Part shown: positions 46,593 to 57,970 of the stretch, piece after piece | Layout: each line of letters begins with the position of its first letter | Numbering within the stretch: the first letter of the stretch is position 1 | NCBI GenBank assembly: GCA_963702005.1 | Contig: OY969696.1 | Coordinates: 1,152,001 to 1,216,000 of the forward strand | Source: Candidatus Aminicenantes bacterium | GTDB taxonomy: Bacteria; Acidobacteriota; Aminicenantia; Aminicenantales; JAFGBC01 | Reading direction: 5' to 3' | DNA length: 64,000 nucleotides | The notes under the pieces: generated by a model | Seen by the model: only the letters and a program-made list of their open reading frames with translations | Told to the model about the DNA's origin: nothing | The model's database searches: none | Made by a program: the position numbers and the translations under genes

Positions 46593-48662
46593 TCAGTCGT
46601 CCCCCCGGGAGAACTTGACGACGAAGGCATCGGCGTCCCCGGCCAGCGCCTTCTGATAGGGTCCGAGCGTCGGGAAGTCGAGGCTGTTCGTCATGCCGCA
46701 GAGATATACGGCCCCGCTCGTATCCAAGGCGATTTCTAAAACGCTGTCCCTGTAGGAGCCGCCCAGGTAGGTCGAAGACAGGAGCTTGAGGCCGCCCGGG
46801 TCCACGATCGTCAGAAAACCGTCATAGCTCCCTCTCCGGGCGGCCTGATAGGGCGATTTGACCGGAAAATTGGCGCTTCCCGTGCCCCCGACGACATGAG
46901 CTGCGCCGTCTCCGTCCACGGCGACCGCACTAGCAAAATCCGATCCAGCGCCGCCCAGGTAGCTTGAATAGGCGATGGCTTTTCCGTTCGGCTCGATTTT
47001 CGCGACGAAGGCGTCGGATCCGCCCTTTCGCGTTTTCTGGAACGCGTTCTTGAGCGGAAAGCTCCCCTGGGTGAAGCCGACGAGATAGACGGCTCCGCCG
47101 GCATCCATGCCCATATTATAAATCCCATCGTAGCCCGGGCCCCCGAGGTAAGAGGAATAAACGAGGCTGTCTCCCGTCGGGGAAAACTTCGTGACGAATC
47201 CGTCCCAGTTCCCGGCGTAGGATTTCTGAAAGGCGGACTTGACCGGGAAAACGGAGCTCGTCGTATTCCCCGCGATCGTGGCTGAGCCGTCGGCCTCGAC
47301 GGCCAGGCCTTGGCATATTTCGTCCCCGGTTGTCCCCAGACACGTGGAGTAGACAAGGCTCGTCCCCGCGGGCGCGACTTTGGCGAGGAAGGCGTCCCTA
47401 CGTATGCCTCCGTGGGGCTTTTGGAAGGCGTTCTTGGTCGGGAAGTCCGGGCTGGTCGTGGAGCCGGCAAGATAAGCGGCGCCGCTCGCGTCCGCGAAGA
47501 CCGCCGCGCATTCTTCCGATTTCGTTCCGCCGATGTAGGACGAATAGACCAGGCTTTTACCGCTCCGGGCCAGCTTCAGGATGAATCCGTCAACGCCCCC
47601 GCCCCCGGCCTTGGCCTGGAAAGCGTTCTTGACGGGGAATTTGGAGGACTTCGTAGCGCCGGCGAGATACACGAAGCCTTTGGCGTCCACCGCTATCCCC
47701 ATGATTTCGTGGCTGTATCCGGACGGGAAGAACGCGGAGTAAATAAGGCTTTTTCCGTCCGGGGACAATTTAGTGATAAAGACGTCGCTTCGAGGGAGCG
47801 TTTGGGTGACCGGCGGGAAGTCGCTGCTGTGCGTCTCGCCGCAGATATAAATTGCGCCGGTCGGGTCCACGACGAGGTTCAGAGCAAAGTCCTCGTTATA
47901 CCCGCCCAGATAGGTCGAATAGGCGAGGACAAGAGGATCGATGACGAGCTCGTGGCGCCGGTCGAAAGCTTCCACCGTGAAACCGAACGCCCCGTCTCCC
48001 GTCTTGCAAAACGCGGCCTCAACATCCACCCTGCGGTCCGCGATCATTTGATGGGCCCGCGGTTTGCGGTGGAGAATCCGGCCCGCGGGAGTTTCGACCG
48101 CCAGGCTCCCTTCTCCGTTCAGGCGCCCTTTATCCTTTCCGGAAAATGCGAACTGGATTTGCTCCGGCCTGGCGCCGGGGCTGACGATCCAATCGTATTC
48201 GATTTGACCCGCGGTGCTGTAAACCTTGAGATCGATGCCGTTATAGAGGTTCTTATAGAGAACGACCCTGGAGGTCGGGATATCCGTCTTCCACTCGGAC
48301 TCGTCCCGGCCGTAGAAATAGCTCACCCGATAGGCGGACGGGTCCGAGGCCATGACTTCGAAATTCTTATTGACGTTCTTAAAGGCAAGTCCGGTAACGG
48401 ACCGGCTCGTCCCGCCATTTTTTTCTTTCTCGATCCGGTCGAAGATCAAGCCCTCCCGGGTCAGCCATATTGTATAGCTGGGCGTATGGGCGTAAAAGAG
48501 CGCCGCCGCGTCCGTCTGGCCGCCGTTGGCTATGAAGTAGAGCGGAGCGGCGCCGCCGGCCCCGGCCGGCTTCAAGGCCGGGCCGGACCCCGTTCCGGAT
48601 CGGGCCGCGAAGAGCGCGGCGCAGGCGACGTAAAAACAGAAAACGATCCCTTTGATTTTCAT
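46593..48662 (-). CDS. Secreted SBBP-repeat (seven-bladed beta-propeller) protein
   Basis: FIANGGQ N-terminal domain; LVIDP..YSTYLGG; repeated G.T.S.DFP / D.F..K units. Confidence 0.88.
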   Translation of the reverse strand: MKIKGIVFCFYVACAALFAARSGTGSGPALKPAGAGGAAPLYFIANGGQTDAAALFYAHTPSYTIWLTREGLIFDRIEKEKNGGTSRSVTGLAFKNVNKNFEVMASDPSAYRVSYFYGRDESEWKTDIPTSRVVLYKNLYNGIDLKVYSTAGQIEYDWIVSPGARPEQIQFAFSGKDKGRLNGEGSLAVETPAGRILHRKPRAHQMIADRRVDVEAAFCKTGDGAFGFTVEAFDRRHELVIDPLVLAYSTYLGGYNEDFALNLVVDPTGAIYICGETHSSDFPPVTQTLPRSDVFITKLSPDGKSLIYSAFFPSGYSHEIMGIAVDAKGFVYLAGATKSSKFPVKNAFQAKAGGGGVDGFILKLARSGKSLVYSSYIGGTKSEECAAVFADASGAAYLAGSTTSPDFPTKNAFQKPHGGIRRDAFLAKVAPAGTSLVYSTCLGTTGDEICQGLAVEADGSATIAGNTTSSVFPVKSAFQKSYAGNWDGFVTKFSPTGDSLVYSSYLGGPGYDGIYNMGMDAGGAVYLVGFTQGSFPLKNAFQKTRKGGSDAFVAKIEPNGKAIAYSSYLGGAGSDFASAVAVDGDGAAHVVGGTGSANFPVKSPYQAARRGSYDGFLTIVDPGGLKLLSSTYLGGSYRDSVLEIALDTSGAVYLCGMTNSLDFPTLGPYQKALAGDADAFVVKFSRGDD

Positions 48663-48799
48663 TTTCCCCTCCTCGGTAGGGGCTTCAGTTTAATCCCGGC
48701 TGCATTTCAAGTCAAGGAGCGCTGTCTTCCCAAATCCGTAAAAAGCGCTTATAGTATCCCTCCGTACAGAGAGACGGTCACTAATCCCGGGAGTTACCG

Positions 48800-51088
48800 A
48801 TGAAAAGAACAGAACATGGGCGGTTGGGTATCGTTGGAGTTTTTCTTGTTGTTGCGCTTGGTTGTTGGGGAGCTCGAGCACAAGTTCAAAAGGCTCCCAC
48901 AGCTGTTCCGGATGCATCCAAGCTTACGATCGAAAGGATCTTCCAGGGTCGCGAATTCGCGCCCGAGCGGTTCGGGCCGGCCCGCTGGATGAAGGACGGC
49001 CGCTCTTATTCGACCCTTGAACCGTCGAAGTCTGTCAAGGACGGGGATGACATTGTCCTTTACAGCGCGGCGGATGGACAGCGGAGCATCTTTGTCCCGG
49101 CCGAGCGGCTCATCCCTCCCGGGGCCGATAAGCCGCTTTCGATCGAGGATTACGCTTGGTCCGAGGACGGCCGCCTTCTCCTCGTCTTCACGAATTCCAA
49201 GCGGGTCTGGCGGCGGAACACGCGCGGCGACTATTGGGTCCTTGAACTCGCTTCCGGGGCGCTCCGCAAGCTGGGCAAGGGCTTCGAGCCTTCGTCCCTC
49301 ATGTTCGCCAAGCTTTCTCCGGACGGACTCAAGGCCGCCTATGTCCGGGCCAACGATATTTTTGTCGAGACCTTGGCCGACGGCGCGATCGTTCAGATCA
49401 CCAAGGACGGCTCCGACACCGTCATCAACGGCACTTCGGATTGGGTCTACGAGGAAGAATTTAACCTCCGGGACGGATTCCGCTGGTCGCCGGACGGGCG
49501 CTTCATCGCCTTCTGGCGGTTCGACACCTCGGGCGTCCCGGTTTTCTCGATGATCAACAACACCGACGAGCTCTACCCGCGCGTCATCTCCTTCCGGCAT
49601 CCCAAGCCGGGAGAGCCCAACGCCGCCGTCCGCATCGGCGTCGCCGGCGCCGCGGGCGGCGAGATCGTCTGGATGAAGGCGGTCGGCGATCCGCAGTCAT
49701 CTTATATCCCGGTCATGGAATGGGCGCCGGACGGCCGGTCAGTCGTCTTTCAGTATCTCAACCGTCTCCAGAATGAGGATCGGTTCATGACCGGCGACAT
49801 CAAGACGGGCGAGGTCCGGACGTTCTTCACCGACCGGGACGACGCCTGGGTCGATATCGGGGACGACTTCCGCTGGGCCGGCAAGGGGAGGGGCTTCGTC
49901 TGGCTGAGCGAGCGGGACGGCTGGCGCCATGCCTACCTCGTGCCGCTCGACGGAAAGGAGCCGCGGCTCGTGACGCCCGGCGACTACGACGTCATCGGAC
50001 TGGATGCCGTTGACGAGAAAGGCGGCTGGGTCTATTTCTCAGCTTCGCCCCAAAACGCGACGCAACGATACTTATTCAGGACGCGGCTCGACGGTAAAGG
50101 ACGGCTGGAGCGCGTCAGCCCGGCGACCGAGTCCGGCTCACACGGCTACGACATCAGCCCTTCCGCCGAGTGGGCTTTCCATACCTATTCCCGCTTCGGC
50201 TTTCCGCCCAGGACGGAGCTCGTCAGCCTGCGCGGCCGCACGCCGGTCAGGGTCCTGGTGGCCAACGCCGGCCTGGCGGCTAAGGTCGGCGCCCTCGAGC
50301 GGGGGAGGGCCGAGTTCGTCCGAGTCGGGATCGGCGACGGCGTCGAGCTCGACGGCTGGCGAATCCTGCCGCCCGGATTCGATCCCGCCAAAAAATATCC
50401 GCTCTTGATCCACGTCTACGGCGAGCCGGCCGGCCAGACCGTTCTCGACCGCTGGGGAGGTTCGGGCTACCTCTGGCACCTCCTGCTCAGCCAGCGGGGA
50501 TATATCGTGGCCTCTTTCGACAACCGCGGGACGCCGGCGCCGCGGGGACGGGCCTGGCGCAAGTCCATCTATCGCCAGGTCGGGATCCTGGCCTCGGCCG
50601 ACCAGGCTGCGGCCGTCCGGGCCGTCATCAAGGACTGGGCCTATGTGGACAAGGACCGGATCGGGGTCTGGGGCTGGAGCGGGGGCGGCACGATGACGCT
50701 CAATGCCCTGCTCCGCTACCCGGACCTCTACCGGACCGGGATCGCGGTCGCTTTCGTCTCTAACCAGCGCTACTACGACACCATCTACCAAGAGCGCTAC
50801 ATGGGGCTCCCCAAGGACAACGAGGCGGGCTACCGGGACGGCTCTCCGATCACCTTCGCCAAGAACCTGAAGGGACGCCTCCTCCTTATCCACGGCACGG
50901 GCGACGACAACGTCCATTATCAGAACTGCGAAGCCCTGGTCAACGAGTTCATCCGCTTCAACCGGACCTTTTCGATGATGGCCTACCCCAACCGCTCCCA
51001 CGGCATCTACGAGGGCGAGAACACGACGCTTCACCTCTACGGGATGATGCTGCGATTTTTGAATGAGAACCTTCCCCCCGGTCCGTAG
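48800..51088 (+). CDS. S9B dipeptidyl-peptidase IV family peptidase
   Basis: DWVYEEE, GWSGGG, HGTGDDNVH, YPNRSH. Confidence 0.94.
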   Translation: MKRTEHGRLGIVGVFLVVALGCWGARAQVQKAPTAVPDASKLTIERIFQGREFAPERFGPARWMKDGRSYSTLEPSKSVKDGDDIVLYSAADGQRSIFVPAERLIPPGADKPLSIEDYAWSEDGRLLLVFTNSKRVWRRNTRGDYWVLELASGALRKLGKGFEPSSLMFAKLSPDGLKAAYVRANDIFVETLADGAIVQITKDGSDTVINGTSDWVYEEEFNLRDGFRWSPDGRFIAFWRFDTSGVPVFSMINNTDELYPRVISFRHPKPGEPNAAVRIGVAGAAGGEIVWMKAVGDPQSSYIPVMEWAPDGRSVVFQYLNRLQNEDRFMTGDIKTGEVRTFFTDRDDAWVDIGDDFRWAGKGRGFVWLSERDGWRHAYLVPLDGKEPRLVTPGDYDVIGLDAVDEKGGWVYFSASPQNATQRYLFRTRLDGKGRLERVSPATESGSHGYDISPSAEWAFHTYSRFGFPPRTELVSLRGRTPVRVLVANAGLAAKVGALERGRAEFVRVGIGDGVELDGWRILPPGFDPAKKYPLLIHVYGEPAGQTVLDRWGGSGYLWHLLLSQRGYIVASFDNRGTPAPRGRAWRKSIYRQVGILASADQAAAVRAVIKDWAYVDKDRIGVWGWSGGGTMTLNALLRYPDLYRTGIAVAFVSNQRYYDTIYQERYMGLPKDNEAGYRDGSPITFAKNLKGRLLLIHGTGDDNVHYQNCEALVNEFIRFNRTFSMMAYPNRSHGIYEGENTTLHLYGMMLRFLNENLPPGP

Positions 51089-51133
51089 CAAGTAGTTCCA
51101 TTTCATTTCCATTAATATGAAAGGAGTAGGGCG

Positions 51134-51529
51134 ATGAAATTGAACAAACGCATTCGAAAAGCTATCACGGGATTCGCGATTCTCATTTCTATGATAACCG
51201 GAGGATGTGCCATTGCGGACCGGTTGAGCGGCGTTTCAGATGCTAAAGCTTTGCAGGAAATCGGCGAATCTGCTGAAGCTACAATACTTAAAATTTGGGA
51301 CACGGGCATGACGGTAAATGACGACCCCGTCGTCGGCTTTCTGCTCGATGTACGGCCCTCCGGGAAGCCTGCCTATCAGGTGGAAACCAGGCTGCGAATT
51401 TCACGCGTCGACATCCCTCGTGTTCAACCCGGAACGGCCGTGGCCGTGAGGATCGATCCGAAGGATCCGAAACACGTCGCTCTTGACATCTATGACTATG
51501 GAGAACACAAAAAATCGCCCCATCTTTGA
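51134..51529 (+). CDS. Small lipoprotein with OB-fold-like domain (DUF3592-like)
   Basis: Lipobox-like TGGC; A.I..I.DTG.TVND.P..L.V..PG..V.V..DP; AAGGAG RBS. Confidence 0.7.
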   Translation: MKLNKRIRKAITGFAILISMITGGCAIADRLSGVSDAKALQEIGESAEATILKIWDTGMTVNDDPVVGFLLDVRPSGKPAYQVETRLRISRVDIPRVQPGTAVAVRIDPKDPKHVALDIYDYGEHKKSPHL

Positions 51530-51831
51530 TGCAATGAAACGCGAATGAACCAACCACTTCAAGTTGACGTTCGTGGCGGAGAAGCCCCCGCCGTCCCGTG
51601 TTTTCGATCAGGTGGCCCTGATGGCGGCCGAGAAGAACATGGACTATTTTTGATTATTTCGTGCTCACCGGGAGCGGGAGTCTATCGTCTTTCGGCCGGC
51701 CCGAAGGGATTTTGCGCGTCAACCGGCTCCTCCGTATCGCTTTTTGCCTGTCTTAACATCCCCGCGCGGCCGGCGATACTATTCTATCGTGATCAGAGGG
51801 GGAGATTCAGCGCCGAGGACGGGAATTCGCT

Positions 51832-51849
51832 ATGCTGCGGAAAAAGGAA
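51832..51849 (+). repeat. 18-bp direct repeat, left copy
   Basis: ATGCTGCGGAAAAAGGAA, identical to 52888-52905. Confidence 0.85.
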
Positions 51850-51874
51850 ATTCTAAGCGTTTCCTTGACGAATT

Positions 51875-52777
51875 ATGAAGATGCTGGTAATCCTCAATTC
51901 CGATGCGGGCAAGCGATCTTCTCCTGATGCAGAAAGCAAAACGGAAGAAATCGTAAAAGCATTCCAAGCCGTAAATGTGGATGCCCAGGTCGCATGCCCG
52001 GGAGTACCCGACCTAACCGCATTTACAAAACAGGCTGTGATTTCCCATTTCGATACCGTTGTTGCAGCCGGCGGAGACGGTACCATAAGCGCGGTGGCTG
52101 CAGCGCTGGTCGGCACGTCAACACCGTTGGGTATTCTTCCGCTCGGCACCTTGAACCACCTCGCCAAAGAGTTGAAAATTCCCTTCGACCTGCCAGAGGC
52201 GGCTCGCACTATTGCTGAAGGCAAGATCCGCGAGATTGACGTCGGAGAAGTCAACGGCCGCATCTTCGTCAACAATTCATCAATTGGCCTTTATCCCAAG
52301 GCGGTCCGAAAGCGAAACCAGGAGATCCTTCGCCTTGGCCGTGGAAAATGGCCGGCCATGTTGGATGCTTCCATCCGCGTATTCTTGCGGTTTCCCCTGA
52401 TTACGATCCGGCTTGAAACTTCCGATGGCAGTCCGACGCGCACCACTCCGTTCTTGTTTGTCGGCAACAATGAATATGGAATGAAATTCCTGCGCATAGG
52501 CAACCGCCACTCTTTGGAACGCGGAGAACTTTGTGCTTATCTTTTGATACATACGGGCCGGCTCGCTTTTCTGAGAATTCTCCTGATGGCGATCCTTGGC
52601 CTGAAACACGACAGAGATTTTGCTTTTATACTTTCCCGAGAGGTTCAGGTGCAAACGCGGCGCGGGAGCATCACGGTTTCCGCAGACGGCCCACTCATGA
52701 GGCTCGATACACCTCTGCATTACCGGATCCGGCCTAAAGCGTTGCGGGTGTTTGCACTGGAAATAGCCGTACCATGA
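51875..52777 (+). CDS. Diacylglycerol/lipid kinase family protein (YegS/DgkB-like)
   Basis: N..AG, AAGGDGTIS, LPLGTLNH, ID.GEVN, VGNN, ADG. Confidence 0.9.
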   Translation: MKMLVILNSDAGKRSSPDAESKTEEIVKAFQAVNVDAQVACPGVPDLTAFTKQAVISHFDTVVAAGGDGTISAVAAALVGTSTPLGILPLGTLNHLAKELKIPFDLPEAARTIAEGKIREIDVGEVNGRIFVNNSSIGLYPKAVRKRNQEILRLGRGKWPAMLDASIRVFLRFPLITIRLETSDGSPTRTTPFLFVGNNEYGMKFLRIGNRHSLERGELCAYLLIHTGRLAFLRILLMAILGLKHDRDFAFILSREVQVQTRRGSITVSADGPLMRLDTPLHYRIRPKALRVFALEIAVP

Positions 52778-52887
52778 GGATGGTTGCGCACCTTTCGGAT
52801 CTCCATTTTGGGATGGAAGACGAGCGGATCGCAGAAAGCTTGTTGGAGGATATCGCCGGATTTCATCCAAGCGTAGTTGTCATCAGC

Positions 52888-52905
52888 ATGCTGCGGAAAA
52901 AGGAA
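52888..52905 (+). repeat. 18-bp direct repeat, right copy
   Basis: ATGCTGCGGAAAAAGGAA. Confidence 0.85.
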
Positions 52906-52921
52906 TTTCTTATCCCTTCAG

Positions 52922-52950
52922 TTGACTCAAACCGGGATTCAGATTATCTT
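52922..52950 (+). promoter_or_regulatory. Putative sigma-70 promoter of the Ser/Thr kinase gene
   Basis: TTGACT-N17-TATCTT followed by a GGGGAG RBS and GTG at 52975. Confidence 0.5.
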
Positions 52951-52974
52951 TAGAACAACGGGGGAGAGGAATTC

Positions 52975-55731
52975 GTGTTGAACTGCCCGAAGTGCCGCGC
53001 CGCGAACCCGGACACGTCCCGGTTCTGCGGTACTTGTGCGGCTTCGCTCCTGGCTGAACCGCCCGTACCAGCCGCCCCTGACGCTCCCTCCCTCACCAAG
53101 ACCATCGAGACTCATCTGCGCGGCCTCGCCCCCGGGACCGTGGTTGCCGGGAAATACCGCGTCCTCGGGGAGATTGGCCGGGGCGGCATGGGCGTCGTCT
53201 ACGAGGCGGACGACCTCAAGCTCCGACGCACCATCGCCCTCAAGTTCCTTCCCGGCGAGCTGACCTATGACATCGAGGCCAGGGAGAGGCTCGTCCACGA
53301 GGCCCAGGCGGCCTCGGTCCTCGACAACCCGCACATCTGCACGATCTACGAGATCGGCGAGGGCGGCTCCGGGCAGATGTACATTGCCATGGCCCTCTGC
53401 CACGGCGAAAGCCTGAGGGCCAAGGTCAAGCGCGGTCCGCTCGCCCCCGCCGAGGCCCTGTCGCTCGCCGCGCAGGTCGCCGACGGCCTGGCCGCCGCCC
53501 ACGAGAACGGCATCGTCCACCGGGACATCAAGCCCGGCAACATCCTCGTCTCGAAAGATGGGGCGGCCAGGATCGCCGATTTCGGTCTGGCCAAAATCGC
53601 AGGCGAGGCGCGCCTGACGCGGCCCGGCACTTCGGTCGGGACCGTCGCCTACATGTCCCCCGAACAGATCCGCGGCGAGGACGTCGACGCCCGGACCGAC
53701 GTCTGGTCCCTGGGGGTCGTCCTCTATGAGATGCTCACCGGCGGTCTGCCCTTCCACGGGGAGAACGAGCACTCCTTCGCCTATGCCGTCGTCCACAGCG
53801 ACCCGAAGCCCCTCGGCAAACTTCCGCTCGGCACTCCGGAGGGCTGCGGCCCGATCATCGCCAAGGCCATGGCCAAAGACCCTGCCGACAGGTTCGCGTC
53901 GGCCAGGGAGATAGCCGAGGCGCTGGCCTCGGTGATGGCGGGCGCTGGGTATCGGCCTCGGCCTCGTCGCACCTTCCTGAGGATTGCCCTCCCGGCCGTT
54001 CTCGGCGCGGCCGCGCTCTATCTCGTCTTCGCCCTTGGCCTGCCCGACAAGGTGGCCAGGTGGCTCGGCTTGAAGGCGGAAGCGGCCGGCCGGCACGTGG
54101 CCATCCTTCCCCTGGCCGTCCTCGGCAACGGCGGGAGCCCGGACGAACGGGCTTTCGCCGACGGGCTGGTCGAGCACGTCCGCCGCGAGCTCGATATCCT
54201 CGCCTCGCACGCACGCCGCCCCGACTCGTTTGTCATCCCGGCCAGCACTCTCCAGGACTACGAAGTCCGCGAGGCGGCGGACGCCTCCCGGTTCCTCGGA
54301 GCGAACGTCGTCGTTTCCGGCACGCTCAAACGTGACGGGGACAACCTGGTCTTGAGACTCGAGGTCGTCGACCCGGCCCAGTTCGCCCAGCTGGCCACCC
54401 TCTCGAAGTCCGACCACATCGCCAACATCGCCACCTGGCAGGAGGACATCGTGCTCGATCTGGCCTTGGCCTGCGGCCTTAAGCCTTCGGCCGGCGACAA
54501 GGCCCTCCTGGCTTCGGTCGACACAACCGTGCCAGGCGCGTTTGGGTCTTATCTCCGCGGCCTCGGCTACCTGAGCGAGCCCCTAACGGCGGCGAACGCC
54601 GCCGGCGCGATCCGGGGCCTCGAGGAGGCCGTGGCCCGGGACCCCTCGTTCCCCGCCGCCCTCGTCGGGCTGGCCGAAGCCTACTGGACCAAAAACCTCG
54701 TCGCCAAGGACGGTCCGGCGGCCGAGAAGGCCGAGGCGCAGGCCCGCGCCGTACTCAAGATGAACGAGAAACTCGCCGAGGGCCATCTGGTCCTCGGCTG
54801 GATCTTCAGCGGCACCGGCAGGGAGCGCGAGGCCGTCAAGGAGTTTGAACGGGCGACCGAGATCGACCCCTCAATGTACGAGGCCTTCAGGCGCTTGGGA
54901 AATGTCTACGAGGACCTGAACGAGCCGGCCAAGGCCGAGGCGGCCTACCGGTCCGCCCTCACGCTGCGGCCTTCCTACATGCTCGCCCACAGCTCTCTCG
55001 GCTATTTCTACTTTTTGCGGGGCGCCTTCGACAAGGCCCGCGACAGCTTCCTGAAGGCCACGAAGCTCTGCCCTGAGAACATTAACGCCCTGAACAGCCT
55101 GGGCGCGATCTATTACAAGCTGGGCGACGACCTCCAGGCCGAGGCCGCTTTCGAGCGCTCGAACGCCGTCAAGAGGAACGCGATCGCCTCCGCGAACCTG
55201 GCCGTGATCTATTATTTCAGAGGCCGGTACGCCGACTCCGTGACGGCGGGCGAAGCGGCCATCGGTTTCGACGCAAACGACTATCTTCTCTGGGGCAACC
55301 TGGCCGACGCCTACCGCTTCACGCCGGGCAACGAGGCCAAGGCCGAGGCCGCGTACCGCAAGGCCGTCGAGCTCGTCGGGAAGGAGCTCGCCGACCGTCC
55401 CCACGACGCCCGGTCGCGCTCGAGCCTGGCCCTGTTCCAGGCCAAGCTGGGGCTCGCCGAGAAGGCCCGGGCGGAGATCGCCGAGGCGCTCCGGACCAGG
55501 CCCGACGACAGCTCGGTCGTCCTGAAATCGGTCTTCGTTTTCGAGCTCGTCGGCGCGCGGCAACAGGCCCTGGAGGCTCTCCGTGAATACGCGCGCCTGA
55601 AGGGGCCGATGGACGAGGTCGTCAAGGACCCGTTCCTGGCCGGACTGAGGCAGGACCCGGGCTACGCCGATGTCATCGAAGGCAAATCGGCCGGCGGAAC
55701 CGGCACGAAGCCTGATAAAACGAAAAAATAA
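52975..55731 (+). CDS. Hanks-type Ser/Thr kinase with zinc ribbon, TM segment and TPR repeats
   Basis: CPKC..CGTC; IGRGGMG, IALK, HRDIKPGN, DFGLAK, YMSPE; C-terminal TPRs. Confidence 0.93.
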   Translation: MLNCPKCRAANPDTSRFCGTCAASLLAEPPVPAAPDAPSLTKTIETHLRGLAPGTVVAGKYRVLGEIGRGGMGVVYEADDLKLRRTIALKFLPGELTYDIEARERLVHEAQAASVLDNPHICTIYEIGEGGSGQMYIAMALCHGESLRAKVKRGPLAPAEALSLAAQVADGLAAAHENGIVHRDIKPGNILVSKDGAARIADFGLAKIAGEARLTRPGTSVGTVAYMSPEQIRGEDVDARTDVWSLGVVLYEMLTGGLPFHGENEHSFAYAVVHSDPKPLGKLPLGTPEGCGPIIAKAMAKDPADRFASAREIAEALASVMAGAGYRPRPRRTFLRIALPAVLGAAALYLVFALGLPDKVARWLGLKAEAAGRHVAILPLAVLGNGGSPDERAFADGLVEHVRRELDILASHARRPDSFVIPASTLQDYEVREAADASRFLGANVVVSGTLKRDGDNLVLRLEVVDPAQFAQLATLSKSDHIANIATWQEDIVLDLALACGLKPSAGDKALLASVDTTVPGAFGSYLRGLGYLSEPLTAANAAGAIRGLEEAVARDPSFPAALVGLAEAYWTKNLVAKDGPAAEKAEAQARAVLKMNEKLAEGHLVLGWIFSGTGREREAVKEFERATEIDPSMYEAFRRLGNVYEDLNEPAKAEAAYRSALTLRPSYMLAHSSLGYFYFLRGAFDKARDSFLKATKLCPENINALNSLGAIYYKLGDDLQAEAAFERSNAVKRNAIASANLAVIYYFRGRYADSVTAGEAAIGFDANDYLLWGNLADAYRFTPGNEAKAEAAYRKAVELVGKELADRPHDARSRSSLALFQAKLGLAEKARAEIAEALRTRPDDSSVVLKSVFVFELVGARQQALEALREYARLKGPMDEVVKDPFLAGLRQDPGYADVIEGKSAGGTGTKPDKTKK

Positions 55732-55749
55732 TAGTGGCCGGAAAAGGGG

Positions 55750-57780
<2,031 letters not shown>

Positions 57781-57827
57781 GGAGCGGCTCCTTTGTGAGA
57801 TGGGATTTTGACCGAATTCACTCATCA

Positions 57828-57920
57828 AATCTATCGCTCGCCCGAGCACTCTGTCAAGATGCGGGCGCTGCTTAATTTTTGAAGGAGAACCTTGACAGAT
57901 TCTAGGCTCCCATTTATGAT
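57828..57920. promoter_or_regulatory. Divergent sigma-70 promoters
   Basis: Plus strand TTGACA(57892)-N17-TATGAT(57915) toward the YfcC gene; minus strand TTGACA(57857)-N18-TAGATT toward the S9C peptidase. Confidence 0.6.
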
Positions 57921-57970
57921 TCTTTATTCCATTGTAAAATACGCAACCGCAGAAAATTGAGAATGTTTCG

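Larger units (their letters stand above)
52774..52953 (+). pseudogene. Truncated calcineurin-like metallophosphoesterase
   Basis: ATGA-coupled to the DAGK gene; MRMVAHLSDLHFG..VVVIS breaks at 52887, where GD would follow, exactly at the direct repeat. Confidence 0.8.

Noticed and set aside
46593-47940. Internal DNA repeats as a mobile or diversity-generating element
   Set aside because: They are explained by SBBP propeller protein repeats; no reverse transcriptase or template/variable repeat pair was seen.
51546-51600. Integron attC site after the small lipoprotein gene (AACCAACCACTTCAAGTTGACG resembles an attC left half)
   Set aside because: No complementary right half ending in GTTRRRY was found, and there is no integrase or second cassette. 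At most it is a decayed remnant.
51545-51856. 103-aa ORF in the intergenic gap
   Set aside because: It has no clear RBS or motif and runs into the direct-repeat junction, so it is probably spurious.
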